Source: Eledone cirrhosa (Eukaryota). Taken from it: 64,000 nt of DNA. A program made the translations under genes and the position numbers. Each line of letters opens with the position of its first letter. Position 1 is the first letter of the stretch. Under the pieces are notes generated by a model. That model was given only the letters and a program-made list of their open reading frames with translations, was not told the DNA's origin and did no database searches. Shown here piece after piece: positions 27,387-64,000 of this stretch. Location of the stretch: assembly GCA_964016885.1 (NCBI GenBank), contig OZ024751.1, positions 31,434,001 through 31,498,000 on the forward strand, in the 5' to 3' direction.

Positions 27387-28422
27387 ATGTATTTTATTGT
27401 GGCACCAGCACTACCACCTTAAAGGATGGACTGGGTGGATTTTATTGTGGTGCCAGCACTACCACTTTACAAAATGGGTTGGGTGTGTTTTATTGTGGAA
27501 CCAGCATTACCACTTTACAAAATGGGCTGGGTGTGTTTTATTGTGGAACCAGCATTACCACTTTACAAAATGGGCTGGGTGTGTTTTATTGTGGTGCCAG
27601 CATTACCACTTTACAAAATGGGCTGGGTGTGTTTTATTGTGGTGCCAGCACTACCACTTTACAAAATGGGTTGGGTGTGTTTTATTGTGGAACCAGCATT
27701 ACCACTTTACAAAATGGGCTGGGTGTGTTTTATTGTGGAACCAGCATTACCACTTTACAAAATGGGCTGGGTGTGTTTTATTGTGGTGCCAGCACTACCA
27801 CTTTACAAAATGGGCTGGGTGTGTTTTATTGTGGTGCCAGCACTACCACTTTACAAAATGGGCTGGGTGTGTTTTATTGTGGTGCCAGCATTACCACTTT
27901 ACAAAATGGGCTGGGTGTGTTTTATTGTGGTGCCAGCATTACCACTTTACAAAATGGGTTGGGTGTGTTTTATTGTGGTGCCAGCACTACCACTTTACAA
28001 AATGGGCTGGGTGTGTTTTATTGTGGTGCCAGCATTACCACTTTACAAAATGGGCTGGGTGTGTTTTATTGTGGTGCCAGCACTACCACTTTACAAAATG
28101 GGCTGGGTGTGTTTTATTGTGGAACCAGCATTACCACTTTACAAAATGGGCTGGGTGTGTTTTATTGTGGTGCCAGCACTACCACTTTACAAAATGGGCT
28201 GGGTGTGTTTTATTGTGGTGCCAGCATTACCACTTTACAAAATGGGCTGGGTGTGTTTTATTGTGGTGCCAGCATTACCACTTTACAAAATGGGCTGGGT
28301 GTGTTTTATTGTGGTGCCAGCATTACCACTTTACAAAATGGGCTGGGTGTGTTTTATTGTGGTGCCAGCATTACCACTTTACAAAATGGGCTGGGTGTGT
28401 TTTATTGTGGAACCAGCACTAC
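27387..28422 (-). repeat. 48-bp minisatellite array, ~21 copies, inverted homologue of the large array
   Basis: Unit tgggctgggtgtgttttattgtggtgccagcactaccactttacaaaa; its reverse complement aligns without gaps to the large-array unit (27/48 identical by hand count). Confidence 0.97.
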
Positions 28423-28953
28423 TGAACTACCACTTATCAACACTCTCCCATGAAGTTATGTACAAAACTTTTGTATAGAGAGAAGGAAAAGTTTAACTCT
28501 TAACATCCTGTAATAATTTAACAAAAAATCTTTAACAACAGGTTTGTTAATTCAAATGTTTATAGTAGCTTTACTAGTGGATAGCTTGTGAAAATCTACA
28601 GTAAACTAAAGTAAAGACAAAGTGGGCCTTATTTAACTGTGGTTCCCTTCCGTTCTTCTTCAGGAAACCATTCTTAATTTTAGAGATACATGTGATGTCA
28701 TGACATAAAAGGCACCCAGTCCACATTGTAAATGTGATTGGCATTAGGAAGGGTATCCAGCCATAGAAACCAAGCCAATAACAGTTTTGTATGAGCAAGA
28801 CAAGGTCATCTGATCTGGCTTGTCTTACAACAGGATATCTAACCCATGCTAGCATGGAACAATTGTACATTAAACAGTGATGATGATGATATGTTAAGAT
28901 TAAAGCAGCATTTCTTTTCTTGTTGCCATAGAAACTCCTCAATTGATGGACAT

Positions 28954-63593
<34,640 letters not shown>

Positions 63594-64000
63594 GTGAATT
63601 TGTTGTTGTTAATTTGAAGGGTAGGGGTGGTAAGTTGGTAGAGTCGTTGAAGTGCCGGATGAAATGCTTTGTGGCGTTTGTTTCAGTTCATTATGTTCCG
63701 AGTTCAAATTCTGTCAAGGACAGCTTTCCTTTTCATCCTGCTGGAGTTGATAAAATAAAGTACCAGTCAAGTACTGAAGTCAATGCAATTGACTTCCCAA
63801 AATTGCTGTCCTCCTACCAATGTTAGAAACAGTTATTTTGAAATAGAATAGCAGTGAGATTAAGGGAGCAATCTAATAATATCAGAAACCATATTTATTA
63901 TTATTATTGCCGAGGTTAACTTTGCCTTTCATCCTTACAGGGTCGATAAAATAAAGTACCAGTAATACACTGGGATAATTGCTGGCCTTGTGCCAAAAGT

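Noticed and set aside
18944-28422. CRISPR array interpretation of the regular repeats
   Set aside because: No unique spacers, no cas genes, and a eukaryotic intron context.
26998-28478. Three overlapping plus-strand ORFs (475, 350, 324 aa)
   Set aside because: All three frames are open only because the second 48-bp unit lacks stops; no coding signature.

Overview
AT-rich, microsatellite- and SINE-dense eukaryotic DNA. The repeat families look like those of coleoid cephalopods (probably Octopus; inferred from SINE/RTE tails, not verified). The window is dominated by one plus-strand multi-exon gene, the CHD1/CHD2-type SNF2 chromatin remodeller. I traced 25 coding exons by hand from 28954 to 63593, all GT-AG and phase-consistent, covering an acidic N-terminal IDR, the double chromodomain, both ATPase lobes and the start of the SANT-like domain. 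The gene runs off the right edge. Two promoter-like, non-repetitive islands lie upstream (~7.9-9.1 kb and ~12.7-13.9 kb). The presumed first intron holds a ~7.7 kb array of ~160 48-bp units and a ~1 kb inverted array of a homologous 48-bp unit, both amplified from the same SINE segment; the giant ORFs there are repeat artefacts. Best leads: an intact minimal type I hammerhead ribozyme in a Penelope-like fragment (45194-45264, minus), possible G-U-rich pairing of the two arrays in the pre-mRNA, a possible Chaserr-like upstream transcription unit, candidate cassette/poison/terminal exons in the intron that splits chromodomain 1, and an EEGEI (ARS2-binding-type) motif in the CHD1 IDR. All calls are by eye; no searches were run.
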